The notes beneath the pieces were generated by a model that saw only the letters and a list, made by a program, of their open reading frames with translations, searched no databases and was not told the origin of the DNA. Positions 11,520 to 24,074 of a DNA stretch of 53,552 bases are shown here, piece after piece. The position numbers were made by a program, and so were the translations under genes. Positions within the stretch are counted from its first letter, which is position 1. Every line of letters begins with the position of its first letter. Source of the DNA: Chromera velia (lineage: Eukaryota); NCBI GenBank assembly GCA_018398765.1, contig JAHBMJ010000224.1, positions 1 through 53,552 on the forward strand, written 5' to 3'.

Positions 11520-14500
11520 GTCTTCCTCTCCTCACCCTGCCTCTGACACTCATAGAGCTTGAGTCCCCTGCTTTCTCCTCCTTTTCAACCAGCTCTTGGG
11601 GGACAAAAAAAGAAAGAAAGAAAAAAAAAGAACAAAAAACGAAACACGCACACCAATAGTATAGGGCCGACAGACTTCCTGGACAGACGACACGAATAAC
11701 AAGATGCTCTTTCCTTTTCTGTTCTTTTCGCTTCCTTGTTTCCCCCTCTCGGAGAGGGAGCGAGAGCACCTCAATCAATCACGAAACGCTCTTCCTTCTT
11801 TTGCGATGGTTTCTGAGGATGAAGGCAGCCAACTTTGACGCCTTCAAGAGATCAACAGAAAGAAGCAAAGCCCAACCAGACCCGACCCCCCCCTCCATCC
11901 ACACGACGGACGAAGGAGCCCTCTGGGGGCCGTTTTACAGCAGAAAGAGAAGAAGAAGAAGAACCATCCGACTGAGCCGATCTCCGATTGAAATGCGGCA
12001 CAGTGCTACCTGCGTGACTTGTTTGTCACCTCCCACATTATTCTAATACTGCGATGAGGACCACCACCCCCTGCCCCTTTCCCTATACTCCCGCCAGGCC
12101 TCTGTAAGAAGGAACGCGCACATAAGGGAGAGGAGAGAACGGCACGCTTGCTGGCTAGACAAATGGGAGAGGGGGAGAGAGTGGACGTCCCCGCAGACTC
12201 GCTACTTTACGCTCACGCACCAGGGGGGAATGGGTAGAGCACATGGGGCGGAGAGTGGAAGGAAGGGAAGACTAGCCAGCTTTCTCTAGGTGCCCCCGGT
12301 TGATGACTACGCACCTGTTCGTGATTTGATTGAATTGGAGGAGAAAGAGAAGAGAGGGAGAGAAGTAATGAAACAATGAGTGGATGAGTGGACGTACACA
12401 CATGCTGACTGATGGAGCGAGGAGTGCCTTTTCCAATGCCCCCACGCACTCTCTCGTCTCGTCGTCCACCGTCGCCCCGACACGATCACATGCTAGGCTG
12501 CATGCTTGAATGCGAAAGAGAGACGGACGCAACGGCAGAAAGAGGCGAAGAGAAGGAATCTAAAGGGAGAATCATCGCTGGAATGACTCACCGACATTTA
12601 ACACAAAAAAAGAACAACTCGACACTCGAAAAGAGAAAGAAATTTCCTCAGTCGACATGCCTGCATGTCCCAGAACACCTCACGCTTATCATACACCTTC
12701 AACAGCACAGCGAGCAAACTCGTACAAACCTAAACAGAATCGCAAAAACACACACACATGATTTACCATCAAAAACGACATCAAGGCACATGGCAAGACA
12801 GAGGTATAACAAGCAGGCGAAAACAATCAAAGAATCCGTTCTCGTTTTGTGAAGGGCGGGTACGAAGTTCACCGTTTGCTCTATCATGAAATGAATGTTC
12901 ATCCCCTCTCCCTCCCCACGCACACGCCCACGGCACAAGGGCAGTCCAGCTGTTGGATCACTGACGCGGACATGACGAAGCCGCTTTTGAAGATCCACCA
13001 GAACTTCCCTCCCTCCCTCCTGCGTGTGTATACATACATCTGCATGCTCTCGAGCCACGCTCGGTCAATCTCTTCTTCGAATATCATTCACCCGATTGTT
13101 CGCCTTCCCAACTGCTCACTCACTCATCTCTTATCAGCCCCTCCTTCCACAAAAAACTTACAAAGGAGGGGAGCGAGGCTAAACATAATCCCATTTCTGC
13201 ACGCGGGCAGGATTGGATGCTTGTGAATCAATGAATCAATCAATAAATGAATTCACCAATACTGAAGAACCGCCTAATGACGCATTTTCGCGCTCAGAGC
13301 AGCAAGCAAACAAAAATTAAACGTGAAGGCAATAGGCAAACAAAAATTAAGCATGAAGACAACAAACATACAAAAATTACACACGAAGGACGGAAGATAA
13401 ACACATGGTACCAAAGAAGGAAGAAAAAAAGGCCGTCGAGCGGACAACTGCAGCAGCGGCAGAACAGCTATACGCAGGCTAAACAAACGGACAAGCACTG
13501 CAAAGAGAATTACAAGCAACGAACAGCACAGCACGCAGTAAGAAGGAAAGACAGTCGGACCATGTCATCCATGCCAAAGAAAAAAAAAAGCAGCAAATGA
13601 TGCCGTGTCCACCTCCCTCATTTATCTTTCTAGTTTCTTAACCTTCGGCAGACTGCAGCCTGCGAAAGGAAGGAAAGAAGGAAACAAGACAACGAAACAG
13701 TCGCGAGACTGCTCTAGAAAAGCAGCTCCTTCATTGAGTGGGATCCGGACAGGAGTTTCATTCAAACAAAAGATTTGAAGGAAGGAAAGAATTGATGAGA
13801 GGAGAGGCACAGGCCCCAGGTGAGCACTTGGGACAGCAAACAAAACGACGTTGCAGTCGGATTGTCTGCCGCAAATGCCGCACACGCAACAAGCTGGAAG
13901 ATATTTTGGGAGGGAGATCTCACTATTCATTTCTTTGTTTTTTCCAGTGGAGAGGTGGAGGGATGAATTCATTTCCACGATCGTGCAAAGACGAGAGGGA
14001 GGGGCGTAGCGAATGACATGGGGGAAGCACAAGCCTCTCCGAATGTGGAAGAATGCACCGATCGGCTCTTCTCAATCGTCCTTTTTTTGTCTTTTAGAAC
14101 GGTCAACTTTCCTGCTTCTTCCTTTCTGTTGTGCTTCCGTCGCCCGACATGGAACAACACCTTTTCCCTTCGTAGCGTTGCCTCTCTCCCTCTCCCTCAG
14201 TCTCCCCAAAGCCGAAAAAACATTCGAAAAGGATTCACTCTGTTGGGGATCGCTCTCTTTCTCTCTCTCTCTCTCTCGGCATTCCTCATTTTATTTTTTC
14301 CTGCTCCTTCCACCCTTCACAATGCCGTTTGCTGACCTGTACTGGCTTTTTTGTTTATAGGGACGGGAGGTCTTTTTTTGTTTGCATCAGTGTCCCCGTC
14401 TCCACTTTTCTTTTTCACGCTACTGATGTTCCCTCTTTCCCTCTCTCGTTTTTTCGGTGTCCGGGCATCGTACGTCACAAAGTCTTGGACTGATCTAATC

Positions 14501-16229
14501 TCACCGAAAGGTGAAAAATGAAAAGGAAAGAAAAATGAGAACGGAAAGGCGGAAGAACTATCGAGTTGAGCACCAGCAAACAAACCATCAACATCCGTGC
14601 TTTATCTTTTTTTGAGGTGTGGCGTTCGAGTTCTTCCCGCCTTTCTTTTTCCTGTCGTCTGACTTACTGCACGCTTCTGCTTTGCCTTTCGCTTGTCTGT
14701 CAGAACTTTTCTGTCTCATTGTTTTGTTATCGTGGAACGGTTTTCCACCTCTTGTCCAACATGCATCAATTTTCTTTCTTTCCGTTTGTCTCTGCTTATC
14801 GTGCAACGGGTACCCTCTGCGACGAAACGAAACAGAGACAGACAAGCACCCCGAAACAAATGCACAAACAAAGTCGAAACACAACAGCAGGTAGGTACAT
14901 TGTGGGGAGAACACAGCCAGTCACGAAGCATCTGTTCTCCTTGAACAAATCCCTTTACATACACACAAAAAAACACAAACCAACAGACACACAAACAAAC
15001 ACAAGCCGACCGAGACACACAGAGAGAGAAAGAGATGAGCGAAAAGGCCGGCATTTTTGGTACAGAGAGCGAAAGAGACGGGGGACGAAGAAGAAGACAA
15101 GACGGAGTGACGAATGAGCAACCACCCCCCATTCACCCCCTTATTCGTACACGTATGCCTTGTTTGACTCACTCATACCTCCTGCAACTCATTGTATGTG
15201 TGCCTCAAATTCCGTCCCTTTTCATGCTCCGATGATATGACAGCAGCGGCAGCCAAGCATTGAACACGGAACGGAACACCACAACATTGCATAGGCGCGC
15301 AAAGAGAATACAAACAGACAACACGCGACGCCCCCCGCAACACAGACCTTGTGACTCGTGTCTTCCCCCCAACCACCCCACCGCATGCCGGCCCCCCTGC
15401 AGAAAGAATTGCGTGGCATATGCCCACACAAGACAAGCAAGAGGGATGGATGCATGCAGCCGGCTGGGAAGACAGCAAGGAACGGGCCGGGCAGGACGAA
15501 GGCGTATCAACTTACACCCACGCGAACATGCAAGGGCAAAGACGAACAGGTGCATGTAACTGGACTTATCGAGCAGTCACGAAAGAAGGAACGCATACCC
15601 CCCCCCCTCTTTTCCTTTCTTCCCTGGAACGAATTTGTTTGGCAAAAAGTGAATTCGTTTCTTTTTTGTTTCTTCTCTATCTTTCAGACCATGTAATGAG
15701 GAGGGAAAGAAACTCAGTTGCTTCCTTTCACTTCGCCATCCGAATTGAGCAGTGAAAGAGACACACCCACCTCATCTTGTCCTTTCGCTTCTTTGACTGA
15801 AATTGTCTTGTCTCGCGTCGTCTTGTTTGTTGTCTCTTGGGGGTCTGAATTGTCCTTGTCAGAGGAGCATCGGCTTGGGAAGGCGAACAGAATGACGACC
15901 TTTCCCTGAATTTACTTAATGCTTTCTTTCTCTTTCGTATGGAGACAGGCGAGGAGGACGCATTTTGAAGGAAGAACCATAGAAGGCTTCTTTATTTGAT
16001 GGAGGAAAAGGAGAAGGAAGGAGAGGGGGCTTGCAAGGTCGTCAAGCGACCATCCTACCAGTCAGTGCCCCTGACTGGCACTCACCTTTAGATGCACACA
16101 CGTTAGCGAATATGGAAGGAAGGAATGAAGGAAGAATAGAAATACACGCAGGTATGCCACGTCTGAAGAATTATGAGCGCATCCAGGTTGACCGACACAC
16201 AGACAAAGAAAGAGGGGAAGGAAGAAGGA

Positions 16230-16265
<36 letters not shown>

Positions 16266-16765
16266 AAAAGAAAGAAAGAAAGAAAGAAAGAAAGGAAAGA
16301 AAGAAAGAAAGAAAGAAAGAATTGAGAGCAAAAGAGGACGAGCCATCGTCAGCACCTCACCATCTACTCGTATTAGAGAAAGCACCTACAACAGACACAC
16401 AGATAGAAAGATAGATGGATAGATGCGAAGAAGAAGAGACAGGAAGAGAAAAGTCCAAAGAAATGGAATGACATAGAGGGGGAGCACATCAATGATTGTT
16501 TCTATTGTCATTTCAGATACAGGGAAAGCACCTGTCAGAAAGCCAAACAAGTATCAAACCAGCTTCCGCCTTTGTCCGCTTGTTTCCGACACAGAACGAG
16601 TCCACTCTTTCTTCCTCCCTGCCTCCCTCCAACAATTGTGCTTTCCTTTGTCTTCACCCTTTCTTGCTTTGCTCATCGTTCTGATGCTCACGCCATTTAA
16701 CATGAAAGCGGTCGAGAACCTGCTTGCTGTTCTTCTCTTCCAGGAAAAACGTCCTGACCATTCCT
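11520..16765 (-). CDS. Probable multi-exon gene with many small exons, product unknown; boundaries approximate
   Basis: Short protein-like minus-strand segments, several bounded by YAG/GT, lie between low-complexity introns: MVRTFFLEEKNSKQVLDRFHVKW (~16693-16763), RAFPVSEMTIETIID (~16490-16531), GKVVILFAFPSRCSSDK (~15855-15905) and EKGRNLRHTYNELQE (~15180-15225). Not fully assembled. Confidence 0.4.
16226..16320. repeat. (GAAA)n microsatellite
   Basis: Direct reading. Confidence 0.95.
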
Positions 16766-18110
16766 GAACCTCGTGTGAACACACCCAAAGAAACAGAGAG
16801 AGACACGGAGAAAGAGAGGGGGATGTAGAGGTATCACAGCAAAGGGAGAAGGAGTCATAGAGATGAATGAAATAATCCAAAAGTCCTTTCCTTCCTGTCC
16901 TTGCCTGGATGGATGCTTTCTCTCCATCCATGCACCTTCTTGCCTGTTCAGTGCTTCGCGATCGCTTCCAGTTTCCGCGTTAGGAACATGCATTTGTCTG
17001 CCAGCCAGTTTCTTTCTTTCTTTTCCAAATTCGTTCTCCTTTCTTTCCTCGTGCATGCACGGGCAGTCCCTTGACGTTTCGGGATGCCCCTGCACTGCTC
17101 ACTTCCTCCTCCCCCACATCCCACCGGCACATCTCCTCCTGTTCCTATTTTGTTAATTGGTATCTATCGGCTGACACCCTGCAGGTGAAGACAGACAGAC
17201 AGACAGACAGAGACAGACAGACAGACAGCCAATTCCACCCTTGCTGCTGCCAGGTCATGACAGAAAAAAGTCACGGGTAGGGTCATTGATGAGTCAGGGA
17301 CTGGCTTTGATCTCCCTCCTCCCTCCCTTTATGGTTGCACAAAGCCGTCAGGCCTCTCCACGTGCACCTGCACCCCCAAGCATGTCATCATCTTCTCCTT
17401 CGTCTTTTCCCCCAATGGACCTGCCCGAGCTGCTAGCAGTCGATCTGACGAGACGCGGCGGCATTTCATTGTCGGAAGAGAAGAGAAGAGGAGAGGAGAA
17501 GACGGAGAAGAATGCAGCACAGCAAACCAGAGCAGAGCAGAGCAGACTGGAAAGGAGACAATCAACCTCCTCTAAAGCCATTCATCCATTCAATCTGATC
17601 TTGATTGCTGGTCTCTTTCCTCATTGTCCATCACTCCATAAAGGCTGGCTCATTCATAGATGATGCACGCTGACGTCCGGCCTCCTAACGGCCCCTCGCC
17701 GTCTTTCGTCTCTTTCATGCAGAAAGAACGAAAGACAGCACACAGACAGTAACATTGATTGATTCAACCATGCATTCACTCCCTTGAGTCTATTTGGGGC
17801 ACGTACTAAAGCCGGACGCACGCCAGCCCTCTGAGTCCGACTGTCTGCAGCACAGTCAGTCTCAGTCAGAAAGGAAAGCCCGTGGGAGGGCACAAAGAGA
17901 AACGACACGAGGACCGTTCTGTGCTGTGATCACCTCACCTGACTGACTGCCTCTTCTCTTCTCAGTCTCTCTCCCTCGCTCATTCAAATCTCTGTTTTCC
18001 CTTTCTTCTCTGAAGAGGCAGCGCAAGCAAGTCAAGAGAGAATGCATTCGCACCACACGAATGTACAGTCCCCTCCCTCCTCTTGCCTTGCCCTGCCCGC
18101 ATTTCTTTTG

Positions 18111-21100
18111 TCAAGCTCCTCCTCCCTCCCCTCCTCCCTCCTTGTTTCCCTTCCCCGCCCCGTATCTGACTGTCACAGTGAACGTCACGTCTCTCTCTTC
18201 CCCCTCCGGACCCCCGGAAGATCTCGGAAGCAGCAAGACGGGGGCGCCCCAGTGGAGGGGAAACATGGAACCTGAAGAAGAGGGGGCAGAGGAGGACTCG
18301 CCTCCTGCTCCTGCTCTTTCTCTCTCTTCCCTCTCCCCACTCGGAAAAGCCTCACTCTCAGGATCTGCTCCCGCAGCCCCCCCACTGCTCCCATCTCTTT
18401 GGGCTTCCTGTTGCTGCTGGGAGATGGCGGTGGATTCAGGAGGAAACACCCCCGAGGAAGATGCCTCAGCCTGAGGAGCAGCTGCAGTCCGCAGAGGAGT
18501 CCTAGAAAGACCGGCGGAGGCTCTGCCCCCACCGGTCTCTTCCGACAGGCCCCTTCCTATCAGGGACGACAGACGCAGCGCTGCCCTCTGCTGCTGCTGC
18601 TGCTGCGATTGGAGAGACGGAGGCGTCTGACTCGACCCCCCGACTGCAATTGCCGTCTCTGTCTCTCCAACGACTCCAGAGCCTGCAGCAGTCCTCCCGT
18701 AAATGGGCGGCATGGAGGAGACGCGAGTGTGGGCTGGATGAGGCTGCTGGTGGTGGGGATGAAATACACCCGTGAACTGTCTTTCCTCACATGCGCCCGT
18801 CCCCTGTCTTCTTTGATTCTGTTGTGACAGCATCAACTGCTGCTGCTGCTCAAACTGCCCCCCGCGAGAGGGCACCGTTAGGGGTGTGGGAATTTCATAG
18901 GGTCCTGAACCCGTGCTGCTCCACGTGCGCGTTCGGAAGAGATCGGCATCAGTCGGCGCATTTCCGGTCAGGGGAACGCGCGCTCGCTCTACGTCTCTCT
19001 GGGAGGCCGAAGAGGATTTTCCTGCCGTGCTTTGATGACTGGCTGTTTCGGTGGGGGAAAATCTGAACGACGCACCCGGTGCGACATGGGGGTGCAAGTG
19101 GGGTGGCAGGGGTGCTTGTCCGGTCACCCCTGTCGTCAGGTTCATTCCGGGGGGAATTTCGTCTCTGCCAAAGAGGGAGGAGACGGGTCCCCCCGGCATT
19201 AACGCCTGGTGAGATGCTGGATGCAGACCGGTGGGCAGGTGCGCATCTCCGGAAGCGACCGGAGGGAAGGCAAATTGAGGGGATTCCTGGTGAGACGAAG
19301 GGACAGCTGTGAGATCTACCTGCTGACCCCTGGTCTGGGTGTGCTGCCATCCGAGACGGGTCTGGTCGGACCCCAGACGCCCCGCCTGTGTTCCTGCGGG
19401 GCTCAGCGCAGCGGGAGAACCGGACACCCCCCCCCCCNNNNNNNNNNNNNNNNNNNNNNNNNNNNNNNNNNNNNNNNNNNNNNNNNNNNNNCCCCTTCTC
19501 GAAGTCTCCTCAGCAGATGTTCCCCCCATCCAATCTATGGAATGGGCGGGGTAGCCTTCTCCCTCCCCGCCTCCTACCTGCTCCGTCAAATTGAGCGGGT
19601 ACAGCGGAGAAAGAACGGGAGCCGACGGTGCCGTCATGACGGTGTCAGGCGACCTGGCAATGAAGCACTCAGCAGGGGGTCCCGCATATCCACTCAGGAG
19701 CCCCCTCACGTATTCTCTCTGTGCCGTCTCGTCTCCCCCCGTTGCAGCAGGAGGCCAAGAAGGAGGAGAGACTGATGACCCGCAAGGCGATCCGCCCGCA
19801 AGGAAAAGGGGATCGGGCCTCATTCTCTGTTGAGGGGAGGTCTGGAGGGGGAGGGGAGGCTGCTGCATGGGGCCTGGGGCATGGAGTGGCAGTTGCCCCC
19901 GGAGTATTGCTCCTCCTGTCCCCGATAGCCTCCTCTCAGGGAATCCTTCAACGAATGATGAGACACCCCCCATACCAACCTCAACGTCTCCTCCTCTGTC
20001 TCTGTCTCTGTCCGTCCACAACGGTCCCGAACGACCAGTCGGTCTGCTCAGACCTGCTGGAGGGTTCGCATGCACATAGGATGGGGGGGGATTTCCACTC
20101 GCCGTCTGCTGTGTGTGTCGGAAAGGAGCTTGCTGCACACCATGCACACCCACACCCTGGCCCCTGGACCCACTTGGGAGAGGCGGTGGGTTGGAGGTGA
20201 CCTTTGACGGCCGGATGTCTGTGCATCCTCCGATCGGAGTCATCGCTGAGGAGTCAAACGAGGACAGATGAAGAGGGGGGGGCGGGGGAAGGAGACCCGA
20301 GGTGACCGGGGGGGGACGGGAGGGGACCTGTGAGGGGCCGGGAGGCGACTTGCTGCCGGAGTTTTCTCTGCAAAATTCTGTTTTTTGGGACCGGTCTCCC
20401 CCACGTGCACCTGGAACTTCCGTTCCCTCTGCGCATCTCTCCCTTTCCCTCTCTCTTTCCTTTTCTCTTTCTCTTTCTCTCTCTTTCTGCCTCTCCTTCT
20501 GCCGTTGTCGTTCACGCTGTCGCTTGCCGTGTCTGTCTCTGGTCCTCGTGCGAGAGTTGTTTGCCAGCTCGTCAGGAAGTCTCGGCGGCGGTTCGCAGTA
20601 GTGGCAGTGCCCTGCAGGAAAACGGAATACAGGAATGCAGAGTGGATGCAGTGAACGGTAGTCATATGCTCTCTTCTCTCACAAAGCCCTCCTCCTTTTT
20701 TGAAACACACAAAATACGCTTCCCTGAGTGTCGGTCGCTCTTTTTCTCCCTCATGATCCTTGCTTTCATTGTCGTGAGAGGTCAATACAGAAGACGCGAG
20801 GCGGCCGAGGCTGGGAAGAAAAAAAACGCTTGGGCGTACTGAAAACATTCAAAATTGTGACTAGGGAAGAGGGCCTAATTGATTCCATCACAGCAGCAGA
20901 AGAGAGGAGAGGGTTGACCTGACAAGTTGACTTACCACAGAGCCAGCCCTTGGAGCACCCGGAGGGCGTCTGGGCCCAGTAACAGCGCTTGGTCGTGCAG
21001 AGACCACCTGGACGATGTCGGACGCTGCCTACATTGGAGAGGAGGGAAAGAAATGTGGGGGGAGGACCCTCTTCCCCTTCCCCCACTCTCTCTCTCTGAC

Positions 21101-22980
21101 TCCCCCCATGCACCCCTCGTTCTCTCTTTTCGTTCGTGCGCGTCTGTCCCGGACTCTCTTCTTCCTCTTCTTCTTCTTCCTCGCTCTCTCTCGCTTCTGT
21201 TTCCCCGGCACGCATGATGCCTGACGGAGAGGCAGACAGAGACCGGGGCTGCAGGTCCCCCCCCTCTGATCTGGTGCCACCTCTGTGAAAGAGGGGGGGA
21301 GGGGTTTGACAGCGGCGTTTGGATGATCCCGGCATTTTTGTCTGAGGAGGTTCGTCCTCCACCTCTTCTTCTTTCACTGTCTGCATCGGACCACCCTCCA
21401 TCTCCCCCCTCTCTCTGCCTCCTTCTAGCAAAGCGGCGGCCGCTTGCACCTCTTGTGACAGTGCAGCTGTAGAAGCTGCAGAGCGAGCGAAGGACCCAGA
21501 GGAAGACAGAACAGTAGATGAGAGGCAGACTGATGAGGCTGCACCTAGAGACGAAGACCGACAGCTGGAAAACAACGCACGGACGCTAGAGGAGGAAGAC
21601 GAGTAGAGTGCAGTCTGAGATTCTCCTCCTTCTCCACCGTCTCCCTCTTTCTCTCCTTCTCCCTCTGCCGAACGTCCTTCCCTGGATCTTGCTCTCTCCC
21701 ACCCGCCCACTGAAGCAGAAGCAGAAGCAGAAGCAGCAGAGATGTCCTCATCATTCCCAAGAGCAAGGGGAAGTGTCAGCGGACTTCCCTTTGCAGCTGG
21801 GAGACGGACGGAATCTTTTTCTCTTTCTCCATGTTCCTGATTCCCTTCCTGTCCTTTTTCTGCCCCCCTCTCTGCTGCATCTGAATGTTCACTTCTCTCT
21901 CTCTGTCTGCCTTCTGCCTCCCCTCCTGCCTCTCTGCTCATCTGCTGAGGCATAGCTGTTTGGGCAGAGGGGCTGGACTGCCGGTCTCCTCCTCCTTCTC
22001 TGTCGTTGACCTCTTTCTCTCGGTCTCCTCCCTCTGGGTCCCCGTCAGAAGAGAGAAGACACAGCGGTCGCCTTCTTCCCTTCTTGTCGAGGTAGATCGA
22101 GACGGGCAACGGGGGAAGAGAAGCTGACCGTCGGAGGGCACTCTTGGTGAAGTCAATCTGCTCGCAGACAGATGGAAAGCACAACTGTTTCAACAAAGAA
22201 GATCGGCAAGAGATCGGACGAGCAGGACTTGATGAGATGAGACAAAGAAGAATCTATCAGAAACCGGGTAGACAGACATACAAACATACTGACGAGAAAC
22301 ACACACTGCATACACCACACCCTCACGCGGACACTGACACTCACACTGAACGTGAGCGCGTACAGATAGAGACACCTGGAATGGGAAAGAAGGAGCGAAA
22401 TGAGAAAGCGATTGAGTGAGAGAGGACGCGGAGAAGCGATGACGACAAAGGAAAGAGGCCGGCAACCTCCTGAGATTTCACTATGCTTGATTGTCTGAAT
22501 CAAAAGTACTCGAGGAAGGAGAAACCAGATCACAGACATTCAAGCAGAGGGATTTCTGCTTCTCCCCCAACTGCTCTACCATCATGCGTGTCTGCACCAC
22601 CTTGAGGAATAGATTGGCGCCGGGAGAGGAAGAGATCGACCGACCGACCGAGTGAAAGTCCGTGACATGGAGGAAGGTACGGGGCCAGGTGAGCTTGAAG
22701 CCTTTGGGAACGACCAAATCCTCTGCAGCGGCAATGAGAGCGCGGGGGGAGAGAGAGGAGAAGGAAGAAACCAGCGGCGGGTCTATCGTCGTCTCCCTCT
22801 CTCTGGTTTCCTTCTCCCGCTCCTGCTTCTCTCTCTCCCTCCGCAAGGCCATCGTGCCTCTAGAGGCCTCACTTTCTAGGAACGGCCTTCCGTCCTTCCT
22901 CCTTCGCTTCTCCCAATATGTTCTGTCCCTGGTGTCGTGCTTGGAGAAACGGCGGAAGCTGTTTCTGATCAACTGTCCTC
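18111..22980 (-). CDS. Large low-complexity protein with one CCCH (C3H1) zinc finger. Exons ~22980-22601, 22157-~20937, 20611-18111; 5' end unresolved
   Basis: Splice phases agree (FLK|IDFTK, phase 0; TGTG|gtaagt...cag|GGCAC, phase 1). Splicing assembles C-YWAQTPSG-C-SKGWL-C-GHC-H, i.e. C-x8-C-x5-C-x3-H, preceded by SNVGSVRH..GLC. The last exon is in frame with the 710-aa ORF. Confidence 0.8.
19438..19491. other. Assembly gap (54 N) inside a C-run within the last CCCH exon
   Basis: Run of N characters. Confidence 0.99.
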
Positions 22981-23504
22981 CTGCAGGAAAGGGAAAAAAT
23001 GAAAACAAGATTGCCAGGTTGGGACAAACAGGGTAGCAACACCGTCAGAATAGGAGACTGCAGCCTCTAAAAACCAAACGAAATTAGACAGGCGTGGAGG
23101 AAGTGAGAGAACCACAACTTCGGTGCTGCGCACGCTCACCACCTTGCAGAACCTTTAGCAGGACTATAAGACGCCCTCACCTTTGGTTTATCTCTGCCAG
23201 CTGTACGCTCAGTGGGACAAAACTCATCAGAGACTCAATTGTTGAATTTAATACGCATATGTCTCTTTGGCCGATACTCAATTTTGCGTCAAAATTCCCT
23301 GTGACTTCCCGTGACTCCTCTGACTACCAAACTTCTACAGCACGTGAACTGGCTCTTTGTCTAGGGCAGATACACAGAGGCATGTTTCCTTTATTGTCTT
23401 ATTGCGATGACAGGACAAGAATCGACAAGGACGAAACTTTCGATCTGGACGAAGGGAAGTGAAGATTGCACCCAAGATTGGGGTTGTCATACGCGCGGAA
23501 AGAA

Positions 23505-23665
23505 AAACATGCATGCATTGCCATGCAATTTCTGGCATTTTCTGCATGGCCCGCGCGCGGCCATTTCTGGCCTTTTGAACCCCCTATAGCTTTTCGCCGC
23601 GAAGGAGCCCGCCGCCCGCGGCCCCGCGCGCGGCGTCGCCCCCGTCGGCCGCGGCCGGCGCATGT
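23505..23665. promoter_or_regulatory. Putative bidirectional promoter core
   Basis: CATGCATGCA and TGCATG motifs plus a very GC/CpG-rich stretch between the divergent CCCH (-) and GTPase (+) genes. Confidence 0.5.
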
Positions 23666-24074
23666 GCAGTCAGCTATAGTGCCGTCTCCAATTTGTCTTT
23701 CTTGGTGACAGTCGTCTCCATGAGTGTGCATTTGTGTGCATCACGAACCATCACGATTTTTTCACGTCTTCACGATGTCTTCATGAAGGAATTGGTGTGA
23801 AAATGCCTTAACATATCCGAATGACCCCTTCTGATAATTAAGACTTGACGATCTGATTTGAGTTTCTTCCACCCTGTACGGTCATCTATCCAGCGTGGAA
23901 CAATCCTGATCCTGTGTCATCCAGTCATTCATTCTACTCCGCTCAAGAAAGGCTTCGGGATCCATGATGGAGACCAAATTCATTGGCCGGCACACTATTC
24001 TATAGGTTTTGTCATTTCTCGGAGTGGTATTCTTTAGCATTTCCTCCGGGTAGACGCGTCGTTTGACTGGGAGG

